The notes under the pieces were generated by a model. The model saw only the letters and a list, made by a program, of their open reading frames with translations. It searched no databases and was not told the DNA's origin. A program made the translations under genes and the position numbers. Shown one piece after another: positions 58,801-64,000 of a DNA stretch of 64,000 nucleotides (positions are counted from its first letter, which is position 1; every line of letters begins with the position of its first letter). The DNA is from a virus (lineage: Duplodnaviria > Heunggongvirae > Uroviricota > Caudoviricetes): IMG/VR virus record IMGVR_UViG_3300014039_000029, positions 1 to 64,000 of that record; one strand, given 5' to 3'.

Positions 58801-60709
58801 CCTCGGTCATCATGTATTGCGAAACCTTAGCCTTGTCGGAAGTCAGGAACTCGTTAAACTTCACCATGGTGGAGTTCCACCAGTTTAGAGGCTTTCCGTT
58901 CTTATCATATCGCTTGCCCTTCAAGCCTTCTGCCAAATGAGTTAATCTGAATCCAATGGCAGTTGGAAGGCTCTCCAATGTGCCATCAAACAGACTGAAC
59001 TCCTGATTACGTCCCTCAATCTTGCCAGAAACATAGCCACCGAGGTACATACCCATACCTTCCATGTAGGTCTTGGCTGCTTCCATTCCTATCTTGGCAG
59101 AGCCATACTTAAACCAATCCTTGGTCAAAGGAGTGGTCTTCACGCTTTTCAGTCCGATGCTTCGCCCAAATTGTCCAAGAGGAACACCAGCCAAGCTCAT
59201 GGTAGCAAAACTACCTGCCTCAGATGCACCGCTCGCCAACATAGCTTTCAAGGTTCCACCTAGTGATGTATCTTCTCCAGTTGAGAAGTTTTGTATAGCT
59301 CCGCTTGTCGCACCGAACGTGAAGCCAGTTACGCCTCCGCTAGTCACAGCCTGTACACCAGACAATCCAAGTCTCTGCGCCAAGTTGCCGTTAGCCATCA
59401 ACGCACCAATCTTAGTACTGTTGCCAATAAGCTTTCCTGATACAGCACCGCCCAACTTTGCCGATGCCCCAAATATTGGGTCTGCCACCATGCCAGCTAC
59501 GTCAGCCGCCACATTTTCTACGGTTCCACCCTTATAGTATGGATTCTTGCCCTCAGCTGTAGCAGCCGAAGCCTGTTCGCTCAAAATTCTCTGCCCACGA
59601 GTCTGTGTAGCCAGTCTGAGAGCTTTGCCAATCGTGTTGGAGTCGATGAATCTGTTGGCGATGTTGTCGAGCATATTCTTCGGTAGAGCCTTCTGATACT
59701 CCGATTGCTGCAAGCTAGTAGCCAATCTGTCCTTCAAATGTGGAATAATAGACTCCATGTAAGCCTCTGGAGTAACGCCAAGTCTTGTAGCCTCGTTCTC
59801 CACCTTCGCCACAAAGTTAGGGTCTTGGAACATCTTCAAAAATCCATTCCTAGCGTTGTCGGTCAAGTGCTTCGCCATCAAGTCAGGATCGACCTCCTTG
59901 TTGTAAGCCATACCCTTAACCATCAAGCCCATTCCTCCAGCTCCAGCTGACAAAGGAACGTTGTTTGCAGCGTCCAATCCTCTCTGTGCAGCTGCATTTT
60001 GCTCACTGAGCACGGCGTTATTGATGTAATCGCCCAAGTTGGCATCCACGAACTTGCTAGCCGAGTCGCTCATTTCCTGCTCAATCTCGCCCATAGGCTT
60101 CATTACGCCCACGGTTCCGTTGTCAATCATCGGCTGACTCTGACGGCGATACTCATCGTTGGCGATATGGTCTGCAGCGGTCTTCGCCGCTTGCTTTCTC
60201 ACCTGTTGATTCTGCTGATAAACCTGCTGTACGCCTCTAGGGGAAGAGTAGCTTACAGGATAGTCCGCTCCCTTCTTTGCATTGTCAATCTCATAAAGGG
60301 ACTGAACGAAAGGAGAAGCGTTCTTTGGCGCACCCACAGGAGCCTTGCCACGCTGGCTTTGCGGTCTGTGAAGGTAATCCACAGGCTGTTGATGCTGTTG
60401 TTTTCTATACCCCTGAGAAATCGCCATCTGCGCCGCCGTCTGAGGTCTGCTTGCCTGTTGCTGAGGCTGTGAAGTCGCAACCCTTGGCTGAGGATTGGTA
60501 GCGTGAAGTCCCAATCTCTGCGCAAACTCCTCGTAAGATTTACTAGACACCGCACCATCGGCATGGAGCGCATCGTAAAGCTTCTTGCGGTTCAGATAGC
60601 CATGCTTGCCACTGGCATACACAAAGTTTCTGAAATTCGCTCTGCTTCCCGACACCGCACCGTCTGCTTTCAGTGCATTATATAACTGGTCAAATTTATC
60701 TCCACTCAT
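43832..60709 (-). CDS. Giant polyvalent protein (5,625 aa): N6-adenine methyltransferase, SF2 helicase and two zincin-like HExxH modules (DarB-like anti-restriction or ejected virion protein)
   Basis: Single uninterrupted ORF. Methyltransferase motif I LEPSAGNG (about 52555-52585) and motif IV TNPPFG (about 52394-52408). Helicase motifs GDQTGIGKGRQ (about 51255-51295), ILDESHD (about 50770-50800) and QMRGRIDRTGQ (about 49580-49615). HEYVH (about 55082-55105) and HEVVGH (about 47570-47587). N-terminal tandem LY(N/D)AL(K/H)ADGAVS repeats. Q/P-rich, E/K-rich and G/S/T-rich linkers. Confidence 0.8.
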   Translation of the reverse strand: MSGDKFDQLYNALKADGAVSGSRANFRNFVYASGKHGYLNRKKLYDALHADGAVSSKSYEEFAQRLGLHATNPQPRVATSQPQQQASRPQTAAQMAISQGYRKQQHQQPVDYLHRPQSQRGKAPVGAPKNASPFVQSLYEIDNAKKGADYPVSYSSPRGVQQVYQQNQQVRKQAAKTAADHIANDEYRRQSQPMIDNGTVGVMKPMGEIEQEMSDSASKFVDANLGDYINNAVLSEQNAAAQRGLDAANNVPLSAGAGGMGLMVKGMAYNKEVDPDLMAKHLTDNARNGFLKMFQDPNFVAKVENEATRLGVTPEAYMESIIPHLKDRLATSLQQSEYQKALPKNMLDNIANRFIDSNTIGKALRLATQTRGQRILSEQASAATAEGKNPYYKGGTVENVAADVAGMVADPIFGASAKLGGAVSGKLIGNSTKIGALMANGNLAQRLGLSGVQAVTSGGVTGFTFGATSGAIQNFSTGEDTSLGGTLKAMLASGASEAGSFATMSLAGVPLGQFGRSIGLKSVKTTPLTKDWFKYGSAKIGMEAAKTYMEGMGMYLGGYVSGKIEGRNQEFSLFDGTLESLPTAIGFRLTHLAEGLKGKRYDKNGKPLNWWNSTMVKFNEFLTSDKAKVSQYMMTEGEKQQIMNSIDETNAANPGLFGNVFDAAMKAKTELKTTGGILEKPFIGEPTSFGDVERDMKVVETVYDKIIADPNVSWDAKAKFSAMVMGVMPSSRPLMDYVLFTNEVVMKDNLNRGTRKYINEYSKYGELLSKREYTDADEKDKALYTMKAYKEQARLWNAISAVTNIDKNNYDMQNDFYMQGIKNAVSNADIRAFVDGLGIKGSAVEREFTNYAMEKGNVLKIFDSVAKQYGMETADLVKAFNKSAMRRTDREQEACIHLRQIMEFTAFPPNKVHAEQSNLNGKDVASDNNLGTEQPNGEAVKQELNGLRQAEAEMDVLMRDNDVFSQNFKKLQSQGLTNPQIYDWMVQNGLTQEQLEPFAHYINANARVLGMQEATKQKIEEVVSGVVQDWSYKGELNGKKMNGEQVVYVQDSDGRVLIVGSGDVAFDPTTGRAKEDVGDLLICLDPNTKEMVYLKTDDVTFMRTQMPEDFANEYRQRLQMINSQPYNEAAQEQAMQDAAKPQPKEETQHKSENGGKNGELAPQDNTTSAKVSTTSPKDNTTKEDLVPQEQPQQTRKFADGTDVPMTTDRKGRPTPDYGAMKPEQAAEILSQDLGDSAEPYVDAQIKQAEKAVKDAEKMKIDMSGEPNDVIEQQKAKAKTIEAAKKQLEQAQNIKKAMTAKAVAETMGKPTEEKVEGANEASSEVAKKFQNAPRLQGNHVSKRLPNGDKISGHYEIVPAESLTPSHDVMNDYKKSEGFPVDAEGRTINDRDYEHDKAAQQTTDQMAQKYSGQAISQVPTVSDEGIVYDGNGRTMAGQKAAKNGTDAEYIEDLMDNAQNYGFTKEQIEQSGIEHPRLVMVTDERLPYDTATFSMFNRNEKKTQSNTEQAVAKAKTLTSDEVGAIVADIEGNGSLDAFFNNSKAINDLVKTLVSKGVIGQNEVAGFMDGPDRLSAQGKEYVKNLLLGSVFKPETIRMLGVDSKIKNAAINGIRAIMDNLKLGDYSLRDEIDQAIQLLYEAGRNKMSVDDLLRQSSAFGENARDRFPMMAQAMAQALEGKASTFRELMSEYNNIAKNYNTNEGALSFYEMLTPEQLVAEFLKGSKAIKENNIKLYGNETGRITEKEGGNDVAGNEKLAEEAGGAAGTAEPERNDEWFDQSVEKLKTAKDEERKQILDDMAEYVKDYAKQNGYDEPEVYKTKEELLDAANSPSERKNIENALKFGGNYAAYYENGKVHIYLGSTKDSKDLARSFAHEYVHNDNAEDPSRVNMLVYSVENGDIKRTDLEDVIELVCGNKYYRNEAARLESFGEDPIRMLADEALAHIVQEMYAEGEDVVSQITSNPTLQKIAQETFKFRENERRSKQGLSENGNQESKRTQSVDRRDEGSVRPVREDSNGKSENAAGRGSESGVRGLREADEDKPNSVGFTPKQIREHQASVDEKREAYIKALQDGKSAKDVEDAATKYEFAFKDHQNMMGVMDEASVEDLWKKELEKAKSSVNAKATIPERKQAILDKIASGTVKKKDEAWGMLAQAEELLAEHYGIPYDEYGGRQRTKSTTVDLILNHYTKGILDKITDEPIPAATEKQMKYLMKLAKGEHLWESALEGMIPNKKQASWLIDAMKGLDDEYLLSMHPDEIEEREREIYKGIDLVRKANGANAYDWDGMRLLPKEEKPDPKFNPIEAAAEDFKKEHPMTEDEIMSVEGLDDEAKYTAIDYLNGEDDSEIARICYEQAYKNRPSQGKTLPKPEQEVAQGEAKNVSSDPMEGIKNAAEGFEKEKAEKDEKQKTATQKVMDVINASNERAKKKADVKKFKAERDKETADLMQQFLDAAKDRKDDGSGKLFSLPMPLPSKALKWMDRHLTLTDKQKEILPKLLTAIKGSMYARIKEGVYDLEDVMERVRKDFAFFFGNINKDDANKILAEAAYKGRYTDPETGERMKLSEYAERERKNTPEHKEKLVGDSKDAEDRKQKEATFINKVKTVLSLGGFKNGIVGLRKIAESSGLKDVKDTDLQELAETAIVSKAREILSSPATSNEKKFELIKQLYQNQPSLNQRDSERVMRQQYSTPAPYAFLADMYVKGGGKEVKSALEPSAGNGMLTIGLPMDVVHVNDIDAQRLANLRRQGFKNVTSQDGTQPFADKDVDVVVTNPPFGSATPKEYDGYKISSLEGQMAINALESMKNDGRAAIIIGGKTEYAKNGSLNPKDKAFLGYLYSHYNVEDVINVDGSLYAKQGTTYPTRIILINGRRKFDPENKVYPPVEKNARAESVKDYDELYKRINDDILRSKDKSVDIHGEEKRKGDNAGDRTNVSDSTKENGGRVGRMGDEGVSDRTPANPKQTELDTSTRPVEQREDANGGTTESASDGNSNPDTRGGQTSVPQSERTDGSSGRGDNSISGGSNTSATDNGTDGRERGVRLQSSDVQSVSNTPTQPKEEKKQTLTTEKVAYTPNSHSMSLGAVVPARQKEALETVLNKLGDADQYLVDNLGYNDKEDLYAHLAAEQVDAVALGLKQMEKGNGFIIGDQTGIGKGRQAAAIIRYAVKQGRIPVSFTIKPNLFSDTYRDLTDIGSPELRPFILASSKDGNIKENYDEEVKGLDGRVTKVRKQRIIYNVPSTTETQRVLKYIAENGKLPEGYDYILTTYSQIRTGLQEYKGGKWKDKKKINAADRNGQLKRDAIEKLAENSIFILDESHDAAGEGSGSAFIQKVLPKAKGVTFLSATYAKTPDAMKLYALKTDLGSKSKDEKDEKDDASWKILNAIKKGGTVFQEIMSQALTRSGQMIRRERDMTGVTIDWNPLTEDETEIQAQRDKFDNIFGIFNDILNFQRTYVDAKLGEMSDDAALIQGSVDHTPGTKDMGIGNVTFASKAYNVVQQALFSIKAEKVADYAIEAIKNGEKPVIAVNNTMEGMTDEYPMGEVMDMPDLNTTLMKGLEGILRYTEKNEYGDRDNKVLRLEELGEEAVARYNEIKEKIASATSGLSISPIDVIKHRLEQAGYRVGELTGRNTEFVYNEDGKVVRQKRTDTNKNALADRFNNGDLDVLILNRSASTGISLHASTKFKDQRQRTMIFAQMQGNINEEVQMRGRIDRTGQVRRGKYVYLVSSIPAEQRLMMMFKNKLKSLDANTTSSQKSKFNEVDVQDFTNKYGDEIVLQYMAQHPEYYNKLADPLGWGFMEYAKDGLSLGELRKNTKDTVSSPAYEVMKRLTLLPVKEQEVVLKDISDAYAQKIKQLNDMGMNDLEITDMPLEAKTLKREVWKEGSDPNGDNAFADNTYIETVEMNVLKKPMKAEEVQEAQKKMFGGKDYETWRSDKIAEIKEAQAAKIEETKAKMAEQMEKKVAKAEENTRKSLEKQNDKVQKKIDKGTQLAPGEHILTEEEIKTRISDVVADVKKKLLEKQSEAIANINTKYEMFIGPLYVCDPNKTVSVPSDWYMEDNATSSYPEFARVIGFKYDKNYNLGSSSIVFATTDSRKRVEIPLTRPKVLERIDTDTERFAKECKVITMDSWDRMIPKKDRTTGRIITGNMLEALADNNSIGHLISYTTDDGKVKQGILVPDSVSTEEITGNMPIAKAYNWFTKKEGGTELKSTDGKLRIAKNFGSMYTIYVPASRKEGGKYYLNQELLGLVHGHNFQSKGNNFWATFDADKLHDVLHVLNSMDVKVKTPNDFEESRAHYRTTNGEQGNDAQSIVANHIANVSEKVGVKANEVNSADEITNPRVKADIEAGKNVTGWYDEKTGEVHLYMPNIHDRYTAEKTIWHEVVGHKGMRELFGEDRFNRFLRDVWYDLDKPENADLKKLVMEEMKYNPFNVYNAIEEGIARLAEEGRGEAGFWRNLKNKVTDFLHEIGYRMAPNTKDVKYLLWLSKNLQKNPNDPYWKMRAEAVRYRLDHEDVPDVIAKGGMYQSNDGKARDLGDLPKAEYQEATDGQIHFRTTPSTGTALDRYHRSLDEHGYMFTESYMDNMLSLKNLMTAIVPGKKIEDIASSENPYILQNTMQGAMSDAAQMFERNVMKPLDKAMAEVLNAFDGKNDDEKIRNFNLYMITKHGLERNRILYVRDALKDMRMDEKKKKLADTIENDWNNEKATLDEKLERGDIDLKEYYKQMDDFIRTYVDETNKFDAGEHDYSGIHAIQEVEKSSDPYDDAEAIQSVMDSEGRMEDIKKGAVKDYWDKVKTATQYAIGCDYRNGLISRELYGHVSEMFNWYVPLRKYDEATAEDTYGYITEKGDPKSYIGKTIMRARGHKYLSETNILAQIGAMGNRAIKNGGQNAIKQAFARFIRNNSNNNLVTETSVWYVSDPITQTTVERYPDIPDDATADEISQIVSDFNMEMKDLASKGLATKVYRRGRIGYKFQRAENKSQHIVDVMIAGKKHSFIVNGNPRAAQALNGLLENSAAKGIMKPLGSISRMMAQLCTSYNPEFVMRNIMRDAEFASSNVTTKEGARYGGLWAKYYAQLGLYKGASNISMKDLQGSTGLGLFAKYRNGTLDMNDKIQRYFKEFMENGGETGWVQIKNMKEWEKQYKQDVKGERSKVQRGGKMVRDFFFGNLENLNEVAENIARFSTYCASRDFGRSVVRSTYDAKEVSTNFNRHGSGDAIKSFKNGEMTGTKAAARWAYGFTSSYLRHCSMFFNAGIQSTNLLVKNLKNHPVGTSVNMLSIPFALGALGALLNNALIASEDEKDRNGVKDPYGELPDYVRRNNLCIYKGGGEFITIPLAIELRAFYGLGDLAAGLTFSPNVSGQKNPYLDAVGCMSQLVPVMDYLGNSSAGKKPLEETIKAISPSAIAPFIEWEQNSDWKGAPIERRGDWNENVPAWQRAYNGTPEGLKTLNKWVNAQTNDVAKGNEDMLGNGFLDMVTNPSMVNHFFGGIGGGAATFAERTLGAIKHGSDTETKDIPFVRSLLYTPSEQSSLQRTKSKWYNYKDEMEKTIANVDRLKSKNVPIDKRLTNVADYYNFQNSKDAAKVRVIELAEKQMKQWKKLRDKSGDNESIKFANENIDRIMMDAVEQLDKLN

Positions 60710-60732
60710 ATATTATCTTAATGTTTATTGTT

Positions 60733-62214
60733 CTACAATCCAAGTGCTTTCGTGTTCTTGTAACCATTTTTGCTCTTGCCACCAGAGACACCACCGCCTA
60801 CAGGCTTTCCGCTAGTAGTTTTCTTTGGTGCCGACTTCGGTTGAGCCTTTGTCGTACTAACAGTGCTGGTCTCGCCATACATATAATGGTTCTTCAACAT
60901 AGAACGGAAGGCATCGCCCTTCTTGCCTGGCATATTGGCAGCATAAGCAATCCAACAGTTCTGCAAGTCGTTGGCAAGTTGTGTATTACCCATACTTTGG
61001 TACATTTTGTAGGCATCGAGATTCTTCTTGTTGATATATCCGTTCTGGATAAGATGTTGTGTAATCTGTTTCTTCTCGATGCTGTTCAAGTCCTTCTTTC
61101 GGTTCAAATGCCCAGAAGGAGAAGAAAGATTGGTGAGAGAGCCACCCTTACCGCCTCCACCACCGCTGCCACCAGTGGCAATAGAGTGGGCGAGCCTTGC
61201 CCTAGCGATTCTGTTTCGTTCCTGAGCCAGAGCGATACGAGCCGCACTTTGCCCCTCGGAAACCTCATTATGTCGCTTGGTCTCGTCAAACTTCTTACCT
61301 GCCAAATCGTGGTTGAACTTGTCGTTGTCGAGTTGTCTCTGCAATCCTGCCTCCTTGTATCTCTGATTGAAGTCATCGCTCTTCGCTGCACGGTCGGCTG
61401 CTTGCTGCTTCAAGTTGAGGTTAAGTTGCTTATACGCCCTGTCAGCCTCAGCCGCCCTTTCCTTCAAGCTAAGGTTAGCCATCTTGTAAGCCGCACTGGC
61501 ATCCGCCGCAGCTTTCTGCGCTCTCTGCGCCTTTCTGTTCTGGTACCCCTGTTCAAGCATACTAGTAGGGTCGTTGAACTGTTGCAGAGGCGCACCCTTG
61601 GCAGTGTTCACGATATTGCCCATGTGACGGATGGCATCGGCTAAGGTAGCCACCATCTCCATGTTTCTAGTCCGTCTGGCATCATACTCGTCAGGAGTCT
61701 CGCCCTCTCTCATGCCGGGTCTCTTCTTCGGAATCAAACCGTTCAGCCATCCGAAGAAGCCACCGTCTTTCTTTGTCGGGTCAGATTGAAACTCTGGCAC
61801 CGTCTGACCTTGCGAAGCCGCACCGCCATTCAATGCCGCAGATAGCGAAGATAAGTCGTTCTGCTGAGGCTGGGCAGGGTTAGTTAACTGCACTCCTTCT
61901 TTTCCGTATTCAGGAGCTGGCGCAGGAGTATCGGGCGTTAGGTCTGTCTGAACGTTACCACTCATAGCCTCGAATTTTCCAACAGCCCCATTGTTCTGCT
62001 GAAAGAAATTCATGCTGGGCGCAACAGTACCCACGGCAGGAGTGCTACCATTCGGCGCACCTTGCATGGCTTGTTGCCCTCCACCCATCACATTATCGAA
62101 GTCTGGGTATTTCGTTCTCAGCAAGTCCTTCACCTTCTCTGGGTACCCACTGATGGTAATGGGCGCATTCTGCCTAGGCTGCTGAGTGTTGTTGTTATTC
62201 TTTGGTGTTGGCAT
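60733..62214 (-). CDS. Low-complexity G/Q/N/P-rich protein with a central coiled coil (internal virion or ejection protein candidate)
   Basis: 493-aa ORF that ends 23 nt upstream of the giant gene's start. Contains GGSGGGGGKGG and KxxK coiled-coil stretches. Confidence 0.5.
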   Translation of the reverse strand: MPTPKNNNNTQQPRQNAPITISGYPEKVKDLLRTKYPDFDNVMGGGQQAMQGAPNGSTPAVGTVAPSMNFFQQNNGAVGKFEAMSGNVQTDLTPDTPAPAPEYGKEGVQLTNPAQPQQNDLSSLSAALNGGAASQGQTVPEFQSDPTKKDGGFFGWLNGLIPKKRPGMREGETPDEYDARRTRNMEMVATLADAIRHMGNIVNTAKGAPLQQFNDPTSMLEQGYQNRKAQRAQKAAADASAAYKMANLSLKERAAEADRAYKQLNLNLKQQAADRAAKSDDFNQRYKEAGLQRQLDNDKFNHDLAGKKFDETKRHNEVSEGQSAARIALAQERNRIARARLAHSIATGGSGGGGGKGGSLTNLSSPSGHLNRKKDLNSIEKKQITQHLIQNGYINKKNLDAYKMYQSMGNTQLANDLQNCWIAYAANMPGKKGDAFRSMLKNHYMYGETSTVSTTKAQPKSAPKKTTSGKPVGGGVSGGKSKNGYKNTKALGL

Positions 62215-62225
62215 AGCTTATCATT

Positions 62226-63089
62226 TTACTCACCTAACAAATCTCGCATCAACTTGATGTTCATTCGCATCATTTCCTTGCAGCCTTCCATAATATCGTC
62301 CTCGGTAGGCTTCTTGCGCTCTTTACCTAAAGCTTTCCAGACCCAATCTTCAACGTAAATATTGTACTTAGGATTAGCATCCTCTGGATTGTCCTCGGCA
62401 GGGTAAGGCTTAGTCTCCTCTGGAGTTGGAATGCGAGGCTTCTTCAAGTTTCGTATCTTTGCCTTTAACTCTCCTACAGTCTGGTCTCTTTCGTCCATTA
62501 AGGCAAAGTGCTTTTGCTGCAAATCATGAAGTTGATTCTTCAACCCCTCAATCTCCTTCAAGTATTTCTGGCACACCTCGGTCAACTTATCCTCACGAAC
62601 CTTTGAAAGGCGAAGCTCCTCTGATACGTCAGACAAAACAGCATCCTTGTCACGAATAACCTTTCTCAGCTTGCTAATCTTCTTGCTCTGCTTCACGATG
62701 ATCTTATTGCGAGAAGCGGAAAGCTCGTCCAAAGCCATATTACGCATTTTCAACTCATCAATCTCTCTTGACTGTTTGAAAATCTTCTTAGCCTGTTCGT
62801 CCAACAAAGCATCGTTAAACAGCTTGGCAGACTCTTTAATAGCAGGACTCTCACCGCCTGGAGCCGTGGTCTTTGCCTCATACTCCTTCTTCAAACGAGC
62901 CTTGCGGGCATCAAATTCGTCAAGAACCATACCGATACTATAACTAGCTTTTTGAACTATCTTCATTGCTTCTACAACGTCAGGACTCTCATATTTTGTA
63001 AAAGCATCCGAAGGAACTGATTCGTAATCTACCTTTGTAAGTACAAAACCTTCCTTCTTCAATAGCTTCTTTGCTTCTTCTAATGTCAT
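62226..63089 (-). CDS. Coiled-coil protein
   Basis: 287 aa, K/E-rich and heptad-like. Confidence 0.5.
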   Translation of the reverse strand: MTLEEAKKLLKKEGFVLTKVDYESVPSDAFTKYESPDVVEAMKIVQKASYSIGMVLDEFDARKARLKKEYEAKTTAPGGESPAIKESAKLFNDALLDEQAKKIFKQSREIDELKMRNMALDELSASRNKIIVKQSKKISKLRKVIRDKDAVLSDVSEELRLSKVREDKLTEVCQKYLKEIEGLKNQLHDLQQKHFALMDERDQTVGELKAKIRNLKKPRIPTPEETKPYPAEDNPEDANPKYNIYVEDWVWKALGKERKKPTEDDIMEGCKEMMRMNIKLMRDLLGE

Positions 63090-63108
63090 AATCTATTCTA
63101 TTTAAATA

Positions 63109-63303
63109 TTAATTCAATATTCCGTTATTAATTCTAGCAATTTGTGCTAAGGGTGACTCGTTTGGATTAAACTTATAAAAAGACTTCTCCCTATATTCTG
63201 TAGATTTCTGATTTCTTATCCAAATCTCCTGAAACTTATAATACGTATCACAATGTAGCATCTTTTTTCTATTTAAACGTTTAAACTTCTGAAATTTCGC
63301 CAT
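63109..63303 (-). CDS. Hypothetical small protein
   Basis: 64 aa. Confidence 0.35.
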   Translation of the reverse strand: MAKFQKFKRLNRKKMLHCDTYYKFQEIWIRNQKSTEYREKSFYKFNPNESPLAQIARINNGILN

Positions 63304-63610
63304 TGTGCTCTAAAACCTTCATGTGGTTATAAGCATCATAGGCTGTTAAAAGAACACGACCGTATTCTGCTGCGCATACAAATTGAAAACAAGTGTAGTC
63401 AACAACGTGACCTCGATAAAACTTGTTGCCATTGTGGTACTCAATCAGGTCACCTTCTATGCCCTCAAACTTTTTCGTGTTGCAGTTATACAAGCCAAGC
63501 TGACCTTCTCTTGTTATCTTGCACAAAGCAGACACCTTCACTTCCTTCAATTCCCAATGGGTTGAATCTGTGAGGTCAACTTTCTTTCTATTGATTAAAA
63601 CCTTCTTCAT
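63281..63610 (-). CDS. Hypothetical protein (first gene of the minus operon)
   Basis: 109 aa. Confidence 0.45.
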   Translation of the reverse strand: MKKVLINRKKVDLTDSTHWELKEVKVSALCKITREGQLGLYNCNTKKFEGIEGDLIEYHNGNKFYRGHVVDYTCFQFVCAAEYGRVLLTAYDAYNHMKVLEHNGEISEV

Positions 63611-63647
63611 ATTCTCTGTTTTAAACTTATTAACACTTCTCGATTTT

Positions 63648-63775
63648 TAAGGGGGTGGGGAAAATCGGAAAACCCATTTTGGAAAAGAGGGGGTGGGGGG
63701 AGGCGACATTTTTATTTATGTATTTATCTACTATAATTTGCAACGGTGGTCAAAGGGGGTGGGGGTCTTGGGGTC
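63648..63775. repeat. Three GGGGGTGGGG(GG) G-tract repeats in an intergenic leader
   Basis: gggggtgggg (63650-63660), gggggtgggggg (63690-63702) and gggggtgggggtcttgggg (63757-63775). Confidence 0.7.
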
Positions 63776-63895
63776 GATGTTTACACCTGTCTGCCTGTCC
63801 ACCTTGCCTTGCCTCGGTCGCTCGTCCACTCACCTTTTGGATGCACCTCCAACCGACTTGCCACCTCGTTACTTGTACACCTTGCCTTTGTAGTG

Positions 63896-64000
63896 AACAC
63901 CAGTCGCTAGCCCTAGAGGGTCGTTGCCCATTCCATCGAGTCCACCGCTTGGCTGCTTTGGCACTGGGTTAGGTGCGAGTTTGCTCACTTCTGTTATCTT
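63896..64000 (-). CDS. C-terminal fragment of a CDS that continues beyond the window edge
   Basis: Open frame from the window end, ...KITEVSKLAPNPVPKQPSGGLDGMGNDPLGLATGVHYKGKVYK*. The other two frames stop immediately. Confidence 0.3.

Noticed and set aside
43832-60709. Many + strand ORFs of 60-250 aa inside the giant gene (for example 46139-46894, 52205-52969, 53100-53654, 60673-61644)
   Set aside because: They are shadow ORFs on the antisense strand of a long GC-balanced coding region. Their translations are low-complexity or Leu/Ser/Arg-rich, as expected for antisense frames.
63640-63780. CRISPR array
   Set aside because: The repeats are short G-tracts with irregular spacing and no constant-length spacers. 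No cas genes are present.
63655-63972. + strand ORFs spanning the G-tract region
   Set aside because: Their translations are poly-Gly/Trp artefacts of the G-runs. The region is better explained as an intergenic leader plus the end of a minus-strand CDS.

Overview
The whole 64 kb window reads as a mosaic Bacteroidetes phage or prophage, with no clear host housekeeping genes. The host assignment rests on lipoprotein signal peptides, a TTTG-N20-TAnnTTTG promoter, and GC content near 45%.

Gene order, left to right:
- 0.5-4.4 kb (+): RNase H and an SPFH/band-7 lipoprotein, then small genes, ending in a minus-strand XRE-type repressor facing a small Cro-like gene.
- 4.9-5.6 kb: a tRNA-like gene with an abnormal anticodon loop and about 600 bp of noncoding DNA bounded by a repeated motif.
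- 5.7-13.8 kb (+): early/recombination module with a NinG/Rap-like protein, a Rha/KilAC anti-repressor, dUTPase, a Rad50/SbcC-like ATPase with a zinc hook, RecT, and a frameshifted metallo-beta-lactamase (MBL)-fold gene.
- 14-18.2 kb (+): small-gene cassettes with conserved junctions, one protein carrying seven 27-bp tandem repeats, and a YopX-like protein.
- 18.4-21.1 kb (-): lysis cassette of holin, GH19 endolysin and a spanin-like lipoprotein.
- 21.7-22.2 kb (+): a rhomboid-like protease.
- 22.3-31.6 kb (-): morphogenesis genes including the large terminase.
- 31.7-39.7 kb (+): scaffold, capsid-like, tail-fibre and LRR-like proteins.
- 39.8-42.9 kb (-): an accessory island with an HExxH mini-peptidase, an RGYG-rich protein and a glycine-zipper membrane protein.
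- 43.8-63.6 kb (-): an operon dominated by a single 5,625-aa ORF that carries a gamma-class N6-adenine methyltransferase, an SF2 helicase, two zincin-like HExxH modules and long low-complexity linkers (a DarB-like anti-restriction or ejected protein).

No integrase, CRISPR array or rRNA is visible. All product calls come from motifs read by eye; no database search was run.
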